Assembly: GCA_036785375.1 (NCBI GenBank)
Contig: JAWMAR010000043.1
Coordinates: 6,634,001 to 6,698,000 of the forward strand
Length of the DNA: 64,000 nucleotides
Direction of reading: 5' to 3'
Source: Leucoraja ocellata
Taxonomy: Eukaryota
Shown: positions 1-13,415 of the stretch, one piece after another
Position numbering within the stretch: position 1 is the first letter of the stretch
Layout of the letters: each line of letters begins with the position of its first letter
Translations under genes and position numbers: made by a program
The notes under the pieces: model-generated
What the model saw: the letters and a program-made list of their open reading frames with translations, nothing else
What the model was told of the DNA's origin: nothing
Databases searched by the model: none

Positions 1-413
1 ACACAGCTTTAGCATTTCCAAACTATATTTTCAAACCACATTAATGGCACTGACAGGTCAGTAAAACCACTCACAGTTTAGTAGACATGTGTTCAGTGTT
101 ATTCACAGCTCAGACTGAGAGGCATTACCCTCTTGCTCCCCCATCTTGCAGAGGCTGACTGAGGCACTCAACACTTTCGGGTTTTATAGTCCCTCTGGAA
201 GGGGTGTGGCCTTCAGGAGAGAGAATCTCAACATTATTTAAACACTAATAACTCTTTTATTTTTCATCGATTGGAAAAATCCTCTTGTCCTGCACCGCGG
301 AGGGGGACTCTGAGTAAGATGGCCAAAAATCACAGCCGTAAGTGGCAGCGTTTTTTCTAAAATCAATATACAGAACAACAGGAAGTGGTCAAGATCACTT
401 TTAGTAATATGGA
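1..413 (-). mobile_element. Non-autonomous Helitron-like element, 5' end (continues beyond window start)
   Basis: Minus strand reads A^TCCATATTACTAAAAGTGATCTTG, a 5'-TC terminus after host A, and resembles the Helitron-like 5' end at 11690. The 3' CTAG is not in the window. Confidence 0.5.
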
Positions 414-1404
414 TTACTGTAGAGCTAGCCATATGCCTTAAAATTCATATTATTTGCTTTCCAATCACAATTAATACCAATTACAATATGGAGTGCTAAT
501 ATAATTCATAATAGTCACTCTTCCTGGTTTGAATTGTCTGCATCGTTTTATATTCTTGGCACAATTACTGCTCAAATGTCTTCATTTGAGGTAATATCAG
601 TTGTTCTCTGACAATCAGTGGAAGATTCTCCAAGCACATTTATCAGTGGTTACGGCCTAAATGTCAGGAGTTGAAGATAGAAATGTCCCTAGTTTAATTC
701 TGATGAAATGTGTAACATGCTTTGTGAAATCCCAAGCTTCACATCGCACTCATTGCAAGACCCTTTAAATATTTGCCAGTGATATGACAATTAAAAGCAT
801 TTTTTTAATTTCCACAGGATTGAGCTGAGTTAAGTCTACATTGAAAATAAATTCACTTGGGCCTTATTTTCAACAAATAGGGAAAAATATATTTCATGAG
901 ACTGAAAACAATCAAAATAGAACAATCAATCCATTGGCCAATCCACAAGGAATTTGTAAGGATTCGAATCTCCTTTGCTTCCTTTTCTTTATCGATTTTT
1001 GCCTTTTCTTCTAAAATTATAGTTTTTTCAATTAATAGCCCATGTTATTTGTGTTGATATAACCAAAACCAGCCGAGAAAAGGTTACAAGCTTTTTTAAA
1101 GAAAGTTATTATTTCATTTTGAGGTACTGGTGAAAATTGTAAGTGATTCCTAATACACCAACTTCTCTGGGATAATGTTTAGATTGAACAATAGATGGCA
1201 CTTTACATATACTGATGCAATAACAGGGAATAAAAGCATTAAGGTGGAGTAGCATTATTTATGGACAGAGATTTAGTGATTAAACAGAATGATACATTCA
1301 TAAAAGCTGTATATATAAAGGGTGCTGAATTTGAATGTTAAGATGAATCTATTTTAAACTTAATAGATAATTAATGAATTCAACAATTTTTCTTGGTTCC
1401 TAAT

Positions 1405-1795
1405 TTACTTTTAGTTTAGTTTAGAGATACAGCGTGGAAACAGGCCCTTCAGCCCACCGAGTCCACGCTGACCATCGATCACCCATACACTAGGTCTATT
1501 GTACACACTAGGGGCAATTTACAATAGCCAATTAACCGACAAATCTGCATGTCTTCGGAATGTGGGAGGAAACCTGCGCACCTGGAGAAAACCATTGATC
1601 ACCCTCACATTAGTTCTATGTTATCCTACATTCACATCCTACATACTTGGGGCAATTTACAGAAGGCAGTTAACCTACAAACCCGCACGTCTTTGGAATA
1701 TGGTAGGAAACTGGAGGACCTGGAGAAAACCCCCGCTGTCACAGGGAGAATGTACAAACTCCATACAGACAGTACCCGAGGTCAGGGTCGAACGC
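1405..1795 (-). mobile_element. HE1-type tRNA-derived SINE with internal duplication
   Basis: (TTTAG)n tail complement, CR1-like tail GGAAACAGGCCCTTC, V-SINE-like core and B-box complement. The central segment occurs twice. Confidence 0.85.
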
Positions 1796-2427
1796 CATTG
1801 CCAGCAACTGCTGCTCGGCCCACTGAGTTCCTTCAGCAGTTTGTTTTTGTTTTAGCTTTAGCTTTAAGTTTTGCTTCAGAATCCAGCATCTGTGATCTCT
1901 TGTGTCTCCGTGTTGCCACAGTGATTGGGTATTTAGAATTTTATCACATCTCAACTATCTTAAAGTACCAAGAATAGTGAACTAATTGTAACATAGTGAC
2001 CGTAATTAAGCATGCAGTTATAGCAACTGTTTTGTACACATCAAGGTTCAACAATCTGCTATGGGCTGGGTAACAATTTTATCTGTTTTTGGAGGTGAAG
2101 GTTGTAGGTGATGATTCAGGCAAAGTGCAGTCGATCTTATTTCTTCAAATTACCAAGGGAGTTTGTGATATGCAATCTCTAATCATCAGGTTGATTAACC
2201 AAGATTCAGAATATTTATTAATTACAAAATATAAAATGTTGTCCTTTTTAAGTGATATTGGCCCATGTATGATTCCCACAGGAAAGAGGATCGCAACTCA
2301 TTGAGAACCAATTCAATTGGAAAGGGGTTTCCATGGTGTTGAATTTCCCAAGGCCTGTGGAATTTGCACACCAAGTGTTGAATTTAAATTAAGCTCTCAC
2401 TTACACCAAGACAGCCTGAGTTAAATG

Positions 2428-2512
2428 AAGATAGACACAAATAGCTGGAGTAACTCAGTGGGACAGGCAGCATCTCTGGAGAGGAATGGGTGACGTTTCG
2501 AGTCGAGACCCT
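2428..2512 (-). mobile_element. Penelope-like terminal-repeat fragment
   Basis: Matches the reverse complement of the 3' end of the PLE at 14755-14852 (GCTGGAGTAACTCAG...GACGTTTCG). Confidence 0.75.
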
Positions 2513-2666
2513 TGTGATTTAGTCTCCCGGTCTATCAAGGTGGACTTTCAGCAGCTGCTAAAACATTTAACCGATCGATTACTTTAGATTGTTCACTGAG
2601 TTATCTGAACTTCATGAATCACATTATGTTTACTTTAGGTTTTGTGCCATTTGTCAATGGAACTAA

Positions 2667-3191
2667 AGGGCCTGTCCCACATGTATGCGATTGCATGCGT
2701 CTGGCGCGACCAAACGTGGTCGCTTGAGGCGTACGGGCCGTCCGGCGCCGGTCCTGCTTCAAAGCGCGGAAGTGTATGGAGCTGGGCGGGGCTGGCCCCG
2801 ACATCGCATGGGGCTCCGAAAATCCCGCACTGTCTGAAAATTTTGTGCGCCAACGGCCTGTCAGCCCGCAGGCGCATTGAGGCCGTACGCGGCGTCTTGA
2901 CGGCATACGCAGCTTCTTGCCGTCGTACGTAGCATCTTGATGGCATACGCCTAGCGCGTGGCGTTGCGCGATGACGTCATCACCCGGAGTGGCGTTGCGT
3001 GATGAAGTCGCCGCCTGACGCCATGCGACGCCCAAATTCAGTCGGCCGCCTCCTGCCCAGCTGATTGGTAAGTATGATGCAAATTACGTCATGCGCAAAC
3101 TTAGCGCGTACTTAGCGCGTACTTAGCGCAAACTCCGCTTCCGTTTGGTTGCGCCAAACGCATGCAATCGCATGCAAGTGGGACAGGCCCT
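2667..3191. mobile_element. PIF/Harbinger-type MITE
   Basis: ~50-bp imperfect TIRs AGGGCCTGTCCCAC.../...GTGGGACAGGCCCT, TAA/TTA flanks, GC-rich non-coding interior. Confidence 0.85.
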
Positions 3192-3300
3192 TTACTCCTG
3201 ACTTCACTTTGCTTGAATGCTAAAAGTGTAGTAAAGCCTTTGCGAAGTGGAGAATCCCCAAAAGGAGCCAGCAGAAGCATAGATGGAGTTCCATTAATGT

Positions 3301-3585
3301 GTTTAGTTTAGTTTAGACCTACAGCATAGTAAAAGGGCCATTCAGTCCATGCTGACTATCGATCACACATACACTAATTCTATCGTATACACTAGGGGCA
3401 ATTTATAAAAGTCAATTACCCTACAACCTCGCATGTCTTCAGAATGTGGGAGGAAACCTGTGCACCTGGAAAAAACCCACACAGTCACAGCGAGAACATA
3501 CGACTCTGCACAGATAGCGCCCGTAGTCGGGATCAAACCCAGTTCTCTGATGGTGTGACGCAACAGCTCTACCGCTGTGCCACCT
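3301..3585 (-). mobile_element. HE1-type SINE
   Basis: Complement of tRNA head (CTCTACCGCTGTGCCACC), core and (TTTAG)n tail. Confidence 0.85.
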
Positions 3586-3729
3586 TGATTGCCCTGATAC
3601 ATGACCAATACTTAGTAACTAGCAGAGGGTTTTCTCGCGTTAATTTATTTAAAAATCTTCCTATTCTGTGTGTTTCCGTAGCAAAAGAGGGGCACAGTGC
3701 ACAGATACAGTGCCAGAGTTTCTGTTTCA

Positions 3730-4025
3730 CCCCTGACCGTGGGTGGTACTGTCTGCATGGAATTTGCACATTCTCCTTGTGACTGCATAGATTTCCTCTG
3801 GGTGCTACAGTTTCCTCCCACATCCCTAAGCCGTGAGAATGGGTAGGTGAATCGCCCAGTTAATTGCCCACAATGTGGATGAGAATAGTGGAATCTGGGG
3901 ATGTTGATGAGAATGCGGAAAAATAATTTAATGGTGAGATCAATGTGGGATTGGTGTTAATAGGCGGTTGGTGGTCAGTTCAGACTTGGTGGGTTGAAGG
4001 GCATGTTTCTGTGCTGTATCTATGA
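3730..4025 (+). mobile_element. Older HE1-like SINE variant
   Basis: V-SINE-like core (GTTTCCTCCCACATCCC) and GAAGGGCATGTTTCTGTGCTGTATC tail. Confidence 0.7.
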
Positions 4026-6169
4026 ATTAATGATCTTCCCATTCCTGCTATTCCATCCACTTACTGAAGGGTACAGGGGAAGTGCTGAAGATTTTTTGTT
4101 AGCTCTGTATCGTGGGTAGTGTAGGTCTCAATAAAAATAGCGTAAAATTACTCTAACCCTAATCAAAACAAATTAATGAATTATTTTCACACCATCAGAC
4201 TAATATCGATGCCATTTGTAATAACCTTTATCATGTAAAAGCACAGTCTATCTCTTGAGGACAGATGAAAACACAAAATATATAATTTTGTCCTTGCAGT
4301 TTCTTACAAACTCTCACAGAGCTAAATTGATGTGAACTTTGCAAATTTCAATGCTTCATCTTGGCTACTGCAGATTTGGAGGAAAATTACATCCCTGTTT
4401 AATTTTTGAGAGAGAATTAATTGACCTTACTCTTTTGGTGAGGAGACACACTGAGCGCGAATTTCTGATTAATTGTGTTCGGCAAAGTATGCAAGATCTC
4501 TATGTGATCTTGGTGAATGGGGAGGAGCACAATGTCATGAAACGGCCATTTAGGACCATGCTGTAGTTAGAGTTTTGATGAGCTGTTGCTATAGGCTTTA
4601 ATCAAACTAACAAGCACATGATTCCACTATAATGTAATCGGGAAATGCCAAAACACCAGGTGCAAAGCCACGGGTCAGTATATTCATTTGCAGGAAAACA
4701 CATTACGTCATTTCTAAATCAGATCTAAATGCAAGAGAAAATTGCCTCAATCAAAACGACACACATATTTTTGGGATGAGTCGTCCAACTTTGAAAATTG
4801 CGGCAGATGATCTAAAATATCTTTATCTGGTATGTGATAAATACCAAGTTACTAAAATATTTATCAGTATCTGATATTTGATAAGTTACAGGTGGTGATT
4901 CAGTACAATGTAGATGATTGCATTCAGGCAAAGCTTTTACTGTTTGAAATTAACAAAGCTTTTAAAACAACTATATCTGTGTAGTAGTCTTTTGACTAAA
5001 TCAATTTTAAGGTGCAGGTGTCATATTTCAATAAGGAGTTATAGTATGTCAATACAAAGTGAAATGCTGTAGATCCTCTCTGTCAGGCAAGACATTTCGA
5101 TGATATTTGTCATTCCAGGCTAAAGGACGCTGTTTAAAAACATTGCCTGTTTAAAATTCTTTGTTGTCCATAAAGTGTAATAAGTTTGCAAAGGGCATCT
5201 GCAGTTGGAGCATATATTCAAGAAGAATATGTTTAGGTTTTAGTTTAAGATTCGGGACATGTGCATTCTGTGTACTTGTGCACTCAGACTTGATTTGCAT
5301 GTATTCAGTAAAAATCAGCTATGAACTACTTCTCTGTGAATGTTGGGGAGAGAGGCTATTTGTCATTGTATTATATCAAATTGAACTGAGTGTACAGCAC
5401 AAAACAGCCCAATGATCCCTGCTGGCCTAAGTGGGCAAGGAATGCATTCATTTCTGTTCCCTATTGAATTCATATCTTTCTCGCTTGTGAATTTGTTTGG
5501 CTCTTTGTAAAGATATCTACAACTAGTCCTAATTGATAACAAGCAGTATATTTTCATATATCATGAATTTATTTGTGATTATTATACTTGGGCGATCTCT
5601 AGTTTTTTCACAATCGCACAGGAGGAAAATGACATGATTTGGGTTTCGGATATGCCGAGAGGAAAATTGAACGCAAGCAACTGAGTGTGCAGCAGGTATA
5701 GAGCGGTGAAGGAGCTAAGCAAGAAATTAAAAATCCTCTGGCAAATTATGGGATCAGAAGGATTTTCCCTCCTGTCAGTGTTTGTGGCAGAAAGAGAAGC
5801 ACATGGAGCAATAGATGATGATGCTATGCTGATATTAAACTCAATAAAACAACTTTTGTGTTTATCTGCCTAGGGATCCCAGATGAGAAATATTGGGCTA
5901 AATTCAGAGAGGTTTTAATATGCATCCAACTCAATGGCTCTTAGGCTAGTAACTTTGACAGGGATGAATATGAAGGACTGATATAGGAGCTAGACAATTG
6001 TCTTTGATTTACCTTTGGGTTATGGATAGAAATAAATATTATTTGAGTGTTCAAGAAAATGAATGGATTGGATACAGTACATAATAGAATAGATGTGGAT
6101 GAAATGGGTTGAAATCATAGTCATACAGCTCAGAAATAGGACCTTTGTCCATGTTGACAGAATGTTGGA

Positions 6170-6435
6170 TGAAACAGAAACTTGTCCATGTTGACCAAGA
6201 TGACCCATTCGAGCTAGTCCCATACCTGCCATTTTGGCCTCTATCCTCTAAACCTTTCCTATACATGAATGTATCCAAGTTGTTATTGTACCTGCATCAA
6301 CAACCTCCTTTGGCAGCTCATTACATTCTGAGTGAAAACATTGCCTCTCAAGTTCCTATTAAATTTTTCCCCTTTCACTTTCAAGTGATGTCCTCTGGTT
6401 CTTGATCCCCCTAATCTGGGTAAAAATATCTTATT
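6170..6435 (-). mobile_element. Degraded CR1 LINE 3' fragment
   Basis: Minus translation LPRLGGSRTRGHHLKVKGEKFNRNLRGNVFTQ is the CR1 ORF2 C-terminus. Confidence 0.8.
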
Positions 6436-7696
6436 CATTTTTTTTAAATAATGGGACCATGAAAGACATGGTGAATGGATATCTGTACATGGAGCTGGCT
6501 CACATCGGACAAGCCAGAAGATGAATGAAGACAAACAAAACATTGTTGCCTTATTTTGACATGTTGTAGGGATTGACGTGCATAATGGATAATGAAATCA
6601 GTAAATGTTATGTGCAATGTAACTAACATATAAGTTACAATCTGCTTGTGAAAAAATATGCATGGCTTGTAGAAAATATTTCCCACTATCTTGTACGGAA
6701 ATGACTCCTCATTGCCTTCCTTTTATTTAAAACAACCTTAAAGTCTTGACAACGTGAGCCCATTGAAAAAATCAGGCAGTTGCAAAGAATTGGGATTAAC
6801 TTTGACGTGGTTTTTGTTTTCTTCTGCTAACATCTGTAATTTCTTTTGAATATTGTCATTAACCAGTATGTACTAATGACATCACCAGGGGAACTGATGG
6901 AGGGAGTTACTGAGACAGACAGGGTGACAAAGATGAATGAAAATACACAGTTAGAGCTGAGGCACCCCTGGGTTATTGGCTCCGGCTCTACTAACAGTGT
7001 GAGGAAGCTGAATTAACATAAGTAGCGATACAGTCATTAACCCCAGGGTTCTCCACTGAGCCTGTCATTTCAGCAGTGTGTGTTAAGTCAGTTCTCTTCC
7101 TCTCTCAGACACAATAATTCCTCCCAACTAGCTCTCCTAACAATGTCATCAGCACTCAGTTGAAATCCCCCAATTGTTAAAAAGAGAAAAGCAGGTTTTA
7201 AAAAGTCACTTTGGTTAATTTATAATTGAAGTAGTGATGGTGAGCGTACGTAGGCTCAGTACAGGTCTGGTACAAATGCCAAACACTTACGCTCATTAAA
7301 ACAGGAAATTGAAATTACTTTGATCCAAATTCAATTCACTCGCTCTGCTGTTATGCAACACTTCCTTACTGGTATAAAAGGGCAAATTATATCAGATTAC
7401 AATCTGATGCCAAGAATACACATTGGGAATTCAGGAGATGAAATCAACGGGCCCCAAAGGATTTTCCGTTCATCAAAATATAGCTGCCTCTCCCTCTGTT
7501 ACAGGTGTCCCTGTGGATTGCATTGTCACCACTTTTATTGGTGTCCTTGTTTTGGAGACTGAAGGAAATATAAATTGCTAAAAGTTACTTGATTGGAGGG
7601 TGACAAAACTGGCTGTGATAAATTGTTTATTTTTAATTCTGTGCTTTCAGGATCAGAAAACCCTGATTTAGTCAGTCTTAATAGTTATGCACAGTG

Positions 7697-7966
7697 ATAG
7701 AAACATAGAAACATAGAACCTTCTAGCCAGCACCACCATTCAATATGATCATGGCTGAGCATCTAAAATCAGTACCGTGTTCCTGCTTTTCCCCCATATC
7801 CCTTCATTTCTTTACCCCTAAGAGCTAAATCTAACTCTCTCTTGAAAACATCCATTGAATTGGCCTCCGCCGCCTTATGTGGCAGAGAATACCACAGATT
7901 CACAGCTCTCCGGGTGAAAATGTTTTTCCTCATCTCAGTCCTAAATGGCCTATCCATTATTCTTAT
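7697..7966 (-). mobile_element. CR1 LINE 3' fragment
   Basis: RPFRTEMRKNIFTRRAVNLWYSLP...; (ATAGAAAC)n tail complement. Confidence 0.85.
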
Positions 7967-8243
7967 AATAAGTCTCCATATTATGCAACAGATAGAGCAC
8001 AGCTGACATTTCCTGGCTTAGAATTTTCTCAAGGAGAACACTGAGGCAAAGAACATATAAAATATTGGGAAAGGATTGGGCTACAATAAGAATACTGAGA
8101 TGTGAAATAATTATAGTCCTTAAGTGTTTATTGGGGTCCACATGGATAGAGTGAGATACAAAGTTAACTTTGGTTGATTGCTAACATTAAGTTAATGGAA
8201 CTTACTGTAACTTCAGAAGGGAAGCTCAAAGTACAGTTGTTAT

Positions 8244-8845
8244 TGACTCCACAGTCAAAAAGGCACAACAGAGGATGTACTTCCTGCGGCAGCTGAGGAA
8301 GCACAATCTGCCACAGGCAATGATGGTCCAATTCTATACGGCCATCGTAGAGTCTGCCCTCACCTTCTCCATCATGGTCTGGTTTGGTTCAGCCACCAAG
8401 CACGACACCTGGAGGCTGCAGCAAATCGTCTGATCAGCTGAGAAGGTTATTGGCTGCAACCTTCCCTCCATTGACGAACTGTACACTGCAAGGGCCAGGA
8501 AGCGAGCGAGTAAGATCATCTCTGACCCCTCTCACCCATGCCACAAACTCTTTGAATCATTTCCCTCTGGAAGGTGACTTCGGACTGTCAAAGCTGCCAC
8601 AGCCAGACTTAAAAACTGCTTTTTTCCACGAGTAGTAACTCTACTCAATAACCAAAAATCTGTAGCCTCCTTTTGCTTTGGTATTTTATTTAATTCCCAT
8701 ATTTAATCAATATTGTTTTATTATTAATGTTTAATGTTTTATGTATCATTCTTAACTGTCACTGTATGTCATGTTGTCACGTGGGCGGAGCACCAAGGCA
8801 AATTTCTTGTATGTGAATACTTGGCCAATAAACTTATTCATTCAT
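8244..8845 (+). mobile_element. Rex1/Babar LINE 3' fragment
   Basis: Encodes VKKAQQRMYFLRQLRKHNL...FYTAIVES; AT-rich 3' UTR ending AATAAAC(TTCA)n. Confidence 0.85.
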
Positions 8846-8999
8846 TATTACGTTTGACACAGTGCAATTAACAGAGAACAGAGGCTACTCCAATGTGTCT
8901 ATTTATGGGGAACTCAAAAATTGTTTTATATTCCAAATTATTTCAAATGTTCAATAAAGGATTTGGGAAGAATTCTTCATCTATATAGTTGAATTGAAT

Positions 9000-9283
9000 T
9001 GAATGGCGCAGTGTAGAAACAGGCCTTTTGGCCCACCAAATCCACGCTGACCATCAACCATCCGGTCGCACTTGTCCTATGTTATCTCACATTCACATCC
9101 ATTCCCTACACATTAGGGGCATTTTACAGAGACCAAATAACCTGTAAATCCACATGTCTTTGGGGTGTGGGAGAAAACCAGAGCACCCTGAGGAAACTCA
9201 CAAGGCCACAGGGCAAACGGGCAGGCAAAACACGGACAGCACACCCGAGATCATGATCGAAACTGGGTCTCTAGTGCAGTGAG
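9000..9283 (-). mobile_element. HE1-type SINE, interrupted or truncated in the tRNA head
   Basis: Tail, core and B-box complement; stops at GCAGTGAGG. Confidence 0.75.
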
Positions 9284-9811
9284 GGGGGTCAAGGAAAGAG
9301 CGTACAGGTCGCGGCCCTGTTTCCACCGATCTTTCCACCACGGCGCACAAGAAGCATACGAAGCGACACACAGACACCATTGTATGCAGATGCTGAGAAG
9401 TGTGTTCAGCTCTGGCTGGACAACTTCTAATCTTGTGTGTGGACTCGATAAGAAGAAGTGCAGTGAGGCAGCAATTCTACCTAGGAATTACCACAGCAAA
9501 CTTAAGACATTCTAGCCAAAAACGTTGCAGAAATGAATAAATAAGTTAAAACTACAGATGAAGTAAATAGACAGGAAGGATGATACGGCCACAGTCCAGT
9601 TAGCAGAGATGCTCAATAGACAATAGACAATAGGTGCAGGTGCAGGAGTAGGCCATTCGATTTTACAAACTGTGCTCTGTAAAACTAACACTATGATTTA
9701 GCAAATGGAGTAATTTGTCAGTCTTAAATGTATCCGTGAAGGTTAGCCAGAGGCTGTGCTCACCTCTGCACACTCAGTTACACTAAAGTCAATAATGTCT
9801 CCACTGAAAAA

Positions 9812-9987
9812 GTCACAAAGTGCTGAAGTAACTCAATGGGTGAGGCAACATCCCTGGAGAACATGGGTAGATGAAAAATGGTTCACGTCACCTATCCGTG
9901 TTCTCCAGAGATGCTGCCTGATCCGCTGAGTTACTCCAGCACTTTGTGTCTTTATTTGTATACCAGCATCTGCAGATCCTTGTGTCC
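9812..9987. mobile_element. Inverted pair of Penelope terminal fragments
   Basis: Left arm ~9814-9873 is the reverse complement of right arm ~9888-9948. Confidence 0.75.
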
Positions 9988-10127
9988 TTTGCTGAGTTGG
10001 TTATAATGGTGCAAAAGGCAAATGGTTTGATATTCACTGGCCTAATGTTGCATATGTTAACACTTCCCTGACCATGAATGCTGGTGGTTGATTTTTGTTG
10101 GTGTAGAAAAATTGAAAAATAGCATAT

Positions 10128-10419
10128 TGAAAGGCCTGGATGGAGTGGATGTGAAGAGGATAGCCTCAGAAATAAAGGACGTACCTTTAAGAAGGAGATG
10201 AGGAGGAATTTATTTAGTCAGAGAGTGGGAGTCGGTGGAATTCATTGCCACAGAAGCTTGTGGATGCCGTCAGTGGATAATTTTAAGGTGGAGATTGATA
10301 GGTTCTTGATTAGTATGGGTGTCAGGGGTTATGGGGAGAAGGCAAGAGAACGGGGTTAGGAGGAAAGATAGATCAGTCGTGATTGAATGGCGGAGTATAT
10401 TTGATGGGCTGAATGGCCT
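10128..10419 (+). mobile_element. CR1 LINE 3' fragment
   Basis: AAGGAGATGAGGAGGAATTT...TGGAATTCATTGCCACAG...GGGCTGAATGGCCT, matching other CR1 ends in the window. Confidence 0.8.
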
Positions 10420-10420
10420 A

Positions 10421-10471
10421 AAGGGGCTGTCCAACTTGGGCGACCTAATCCGCGAGTTCTGGCGAGTTTGC
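10421..10471. mobile_element. Single Harbinger-MITE-like terminus
   Basis: TAA then AGGGGCTGTCCAACTT, resembling the TIRs at 2667, 35858 and 59258. No partner TIR seen. Confidence 0.45.
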
Positions 10472-10528
10472 AATGAGTAGACACAAAATTTGGGTCGGCG
10501 TCGGCATCCCTTGAGCCGATCAATCCTT

Positions 10529-11085
10529 CCTGGAGTATTGTGTACAGTTTTGGTCTCCTAATCTGAGAAAAGACATTCTTGCCATAGAGGGAGTACAGAA
10601 AAGGTTCACCAGACTGACTCCTGGGATGTCAGGACTTTCATATGAACAAAGACTTGATAGACTCAGCTTGTACTCGCTAGAATTTAGAAGATTGAGGGGC
10701 GATCTTATAGAAACTTACAAAATTCTTAAGGGGTTGGACAGGCTAGATGCAGGAAGATTGTTCCCGATGTTGGGGAAGTCCAATACAAGGGGTCACAGTT
10801 TAAAGATAAGGGGGAAATCTTTTAGGACCGAGATGAGAAATTTTTTTTTCACACAGAGAGTGGCGAATCTCTGGAATTCTCTGCCACAGAAGGTAGTTGT
10901 GGCCAGTTCATTGGCTATATTTAAGAGGGAGTTAGATGTGGCCCTTGTGGCTAAAGGGATCAGGGGGTATGGAGAGAAGGCAGGTACAGGATACTGAGTT
11001 GGATGATCAGCCATGATCATATTGAATGGCGGTACAGGCTCAAAAGGCCGAATGGCCTACTCATGCACCTATTTTCTATGTTTCT
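10529..11085 (+). mobile_element. CR1 (HER1-like) LINE 3' fragment
   Basis: ORF 10626-10997 is the CR1 ORF2 C-terminus (SLEFRRLRGDLIETYKIL...RGHSLKI); TTCTATGT tail. Confidence 0.92.
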
Positions 11086-11087
11086 CT

Positions 11088-11690
11088 GTTTCCCACGTTG
11101 AGGGGAAGGGGGGGGGGGGTAAAAATCTCACTCTCTCCTTACTCCCCTTGAAGCTGCTGATCCCATTGTCCTCTGCCACCTCTCTCTCCCCCTCTTCCCT
11201 ACCCTCTGTCACTCCCTCCCTCACCTCTCCCCTTTCGCACTCCCCAACTCAAGACAATGTTTAAATAATATTTATTCTTCTCCACCCATCCCCCACTCCG
11301 TCAACTCTCATAGCTTCTGTATTGGCAGCGGAGATCACATTGTGATGTCATTTTCGGTTTTCGGAATCTTCACAGCAGCTTGTGTAAATGAGATCCCATT
11401 GTGATTGGACGACTGTGAGATGCCATTGTGGCATAATCACTGGAAGCTGCTAGAAAAGTCTCCCACTCACCGGCAGTTATTATTTTCAAAGTTGGCTTTT
11501 TAAAAACTTTAAATATCAATAACTTGGGAACTATAACTTTGAGTATGAAGAAACTTGATACTAACAACCACGGGAAAAAGCTGAGTAAGATTCTGCAAAG
11601 GTATTTGCACTATTGTGTACTGTTTTGCCGTAGTTCCTTGATCTCACAAACAGACAGACAGACAAGACGAGACTTTTAATAGTATATAGA
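11088..11690 (-). mobile_element. Non-autonomous Helitron-like element, 5' portion
   Basis: Minus strand A^TCTATATACTATTAAAAG followed by a (CTGT)n microsatellite. The 3' end was not located, so the left boundary is approximate. Confidence 0.55.
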
Positions 11691-11691
11691 T

Positions 11692-13415
11692 AAGGGGGAA
11701 AAAGGTAACTAGAGAGAGAGTGGGACCTCTCAGGAATGAAAGTGGGCACCTCTGTGTGGAGCCACAGGTGATGGGCAAGGTCCTAAATGAGTTTTTCTCC
11801 TCTGTATTTACCGAGGGAAAGACAGTAGGATGGAAGAACTTGGGGAAGTCAATGGAAGTGTCTTGAGAGCAGTCATGGTTACCGTCAAAGAAGAACTAAA
11901 GGTACTGCCATGTTTGAAGGTATACAAATCTCCAGGACCTGATCAGATATATACGAGGACATTGCGGGAAACTAGAGAGGTAATTGCGTGAGCCTTGGTT
12001 GTAATTTATCATCCTTCCATACAGGGGAGGTGCTGGAAGTCTGGAGGGTGGAAAATGTTGTGTCTCTTTTCAAGAAGGGCTGCAGGGAAAATGCTGGGAA
12101 CTATAGGCCGGTGAGCTTAACATCTGTAGTTGTTAAGTTACTGGAGAGTATTCTGAGTGATAGGCTATACAGGCATTTGGATGGGCAAGGGCTGATTAGG
12201 GATAGTCAGCATGGTTTTGTATGTGGGATGTCATGTCTCATAAATCTGATTGATTTTTTTGTAGACGTGACCAAAAAGGTTGATGAGGGCAGAGCTGTAG
12301 ATGTTGTGTACATGGACTTCAGTAAAGCGTTCTACAAGGTTACGCATGGTAGGCTACTCTTGAAGGTTAGATCGCATGAAATCCAAGGATAGATAGCTGA
12401 ATGGAGAGTAAATTGACTCCATGGAAGACAACAGAGGATGATGGTGGAAGGTTGCTTCTTGGACTGGAGGCCTGTGACTAGTGGTGTGCCTCAGGGTTTG
12501 GTGTTGGGCCCCTTACTGTTTGTTAGCTCCATCAATGATTTGTATGAGAACGTACAGGGTAAGATTACCAAGTTTGTTGATGATACAAAAGTTAGTGGTT
12601 TTGCAGATAGTGAAGATGGTTGTGAAAGATTGCAGCAGGAACTGGATCGATTGGCCAGGTGGGCGGAGGGATTGTTGATGGAATTTAATACAGAAAAGTG
12701 TGAGGTGTTGCATTTTGGGATGTCGAACAAGGGCAGGACCTACACAGTAAATGGTAGTGTTGTAGAGCAAAGGGATCTAGGAGTACAAGTGCATGGTTCC
12801 TTGAAGGTCGAGTCGCAGGTAGATACAGTAAGGTGGTCAAAAAGGCTTTTGGCACTTTGGCCTTTATTAGTCAGAGTATTGGATATAGAAGTTGGGAGGT
12901 CATGTTGCAGAATAAGACATTGATGAGACCGCATTTAAAATATTGTTTCAGTTCTGGGCACCATGTTATGGGAAAGATATTGTCCAGTTTGAAAGGGTTC
13001 AGAAAAGATTTACGAGGATGTTGCCAGGACTAGAGGGTGTGAGCTATAGGGTGAGGTTTTTTAGGCTGGGTCTACATTCCATGGAGTGCAGGAGGATGAG
13101 GGGAGATCTTATAGAGGTGTACAAAATCATGAGAGGAATAGATCGGGTAGATGCAGTCTTTTGCCCAGAGTAGGGGAATCAAGGACGAGAGGATATAGGC
13201 TCAAGGTGAAGGGGAAAAGACTTAATAGGAGTCCGAGCGGTAACTTTTTCACACAAAGGGTGGTGGGTGTATGGAACAAGCTGCCAGAGGAGGTTGTTGA
13301 GGCTGGGACTATCCCGTTGTTTAAGAAACAGTAAGACAGGTACATGGATTGGATAGGGTTCGAGGGATTTGGACCAAGCAGGCAGGTGGGACTAGTGTAG
13401 CTGGGACATTGTTGG
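11692..13415 (+). mobile_element. CR1 LINE ORF2 (RT) pseudogene, 5'-truncated; 3' UTR continues at 14853-14921
   Basis: NYRPVSLTSVVVKLLE, SQHGF, DFSKAF, SGVPQGLVLGP, KFVDDTK motifs, with frameshifts and stops. Confidence 0.95.

Noticed and set aside
800-850. Good splice acceptor (TTTCCACAG)
   Set aside because: All three frames stop within a few codons.
2619-3035. Overlapping ORFs in GC-rich DNA
   Set aside because: Inside a non-coding MITE and stop-poor by composition. The same applies to the ORFs at 35242-35659 and 61406-61930.
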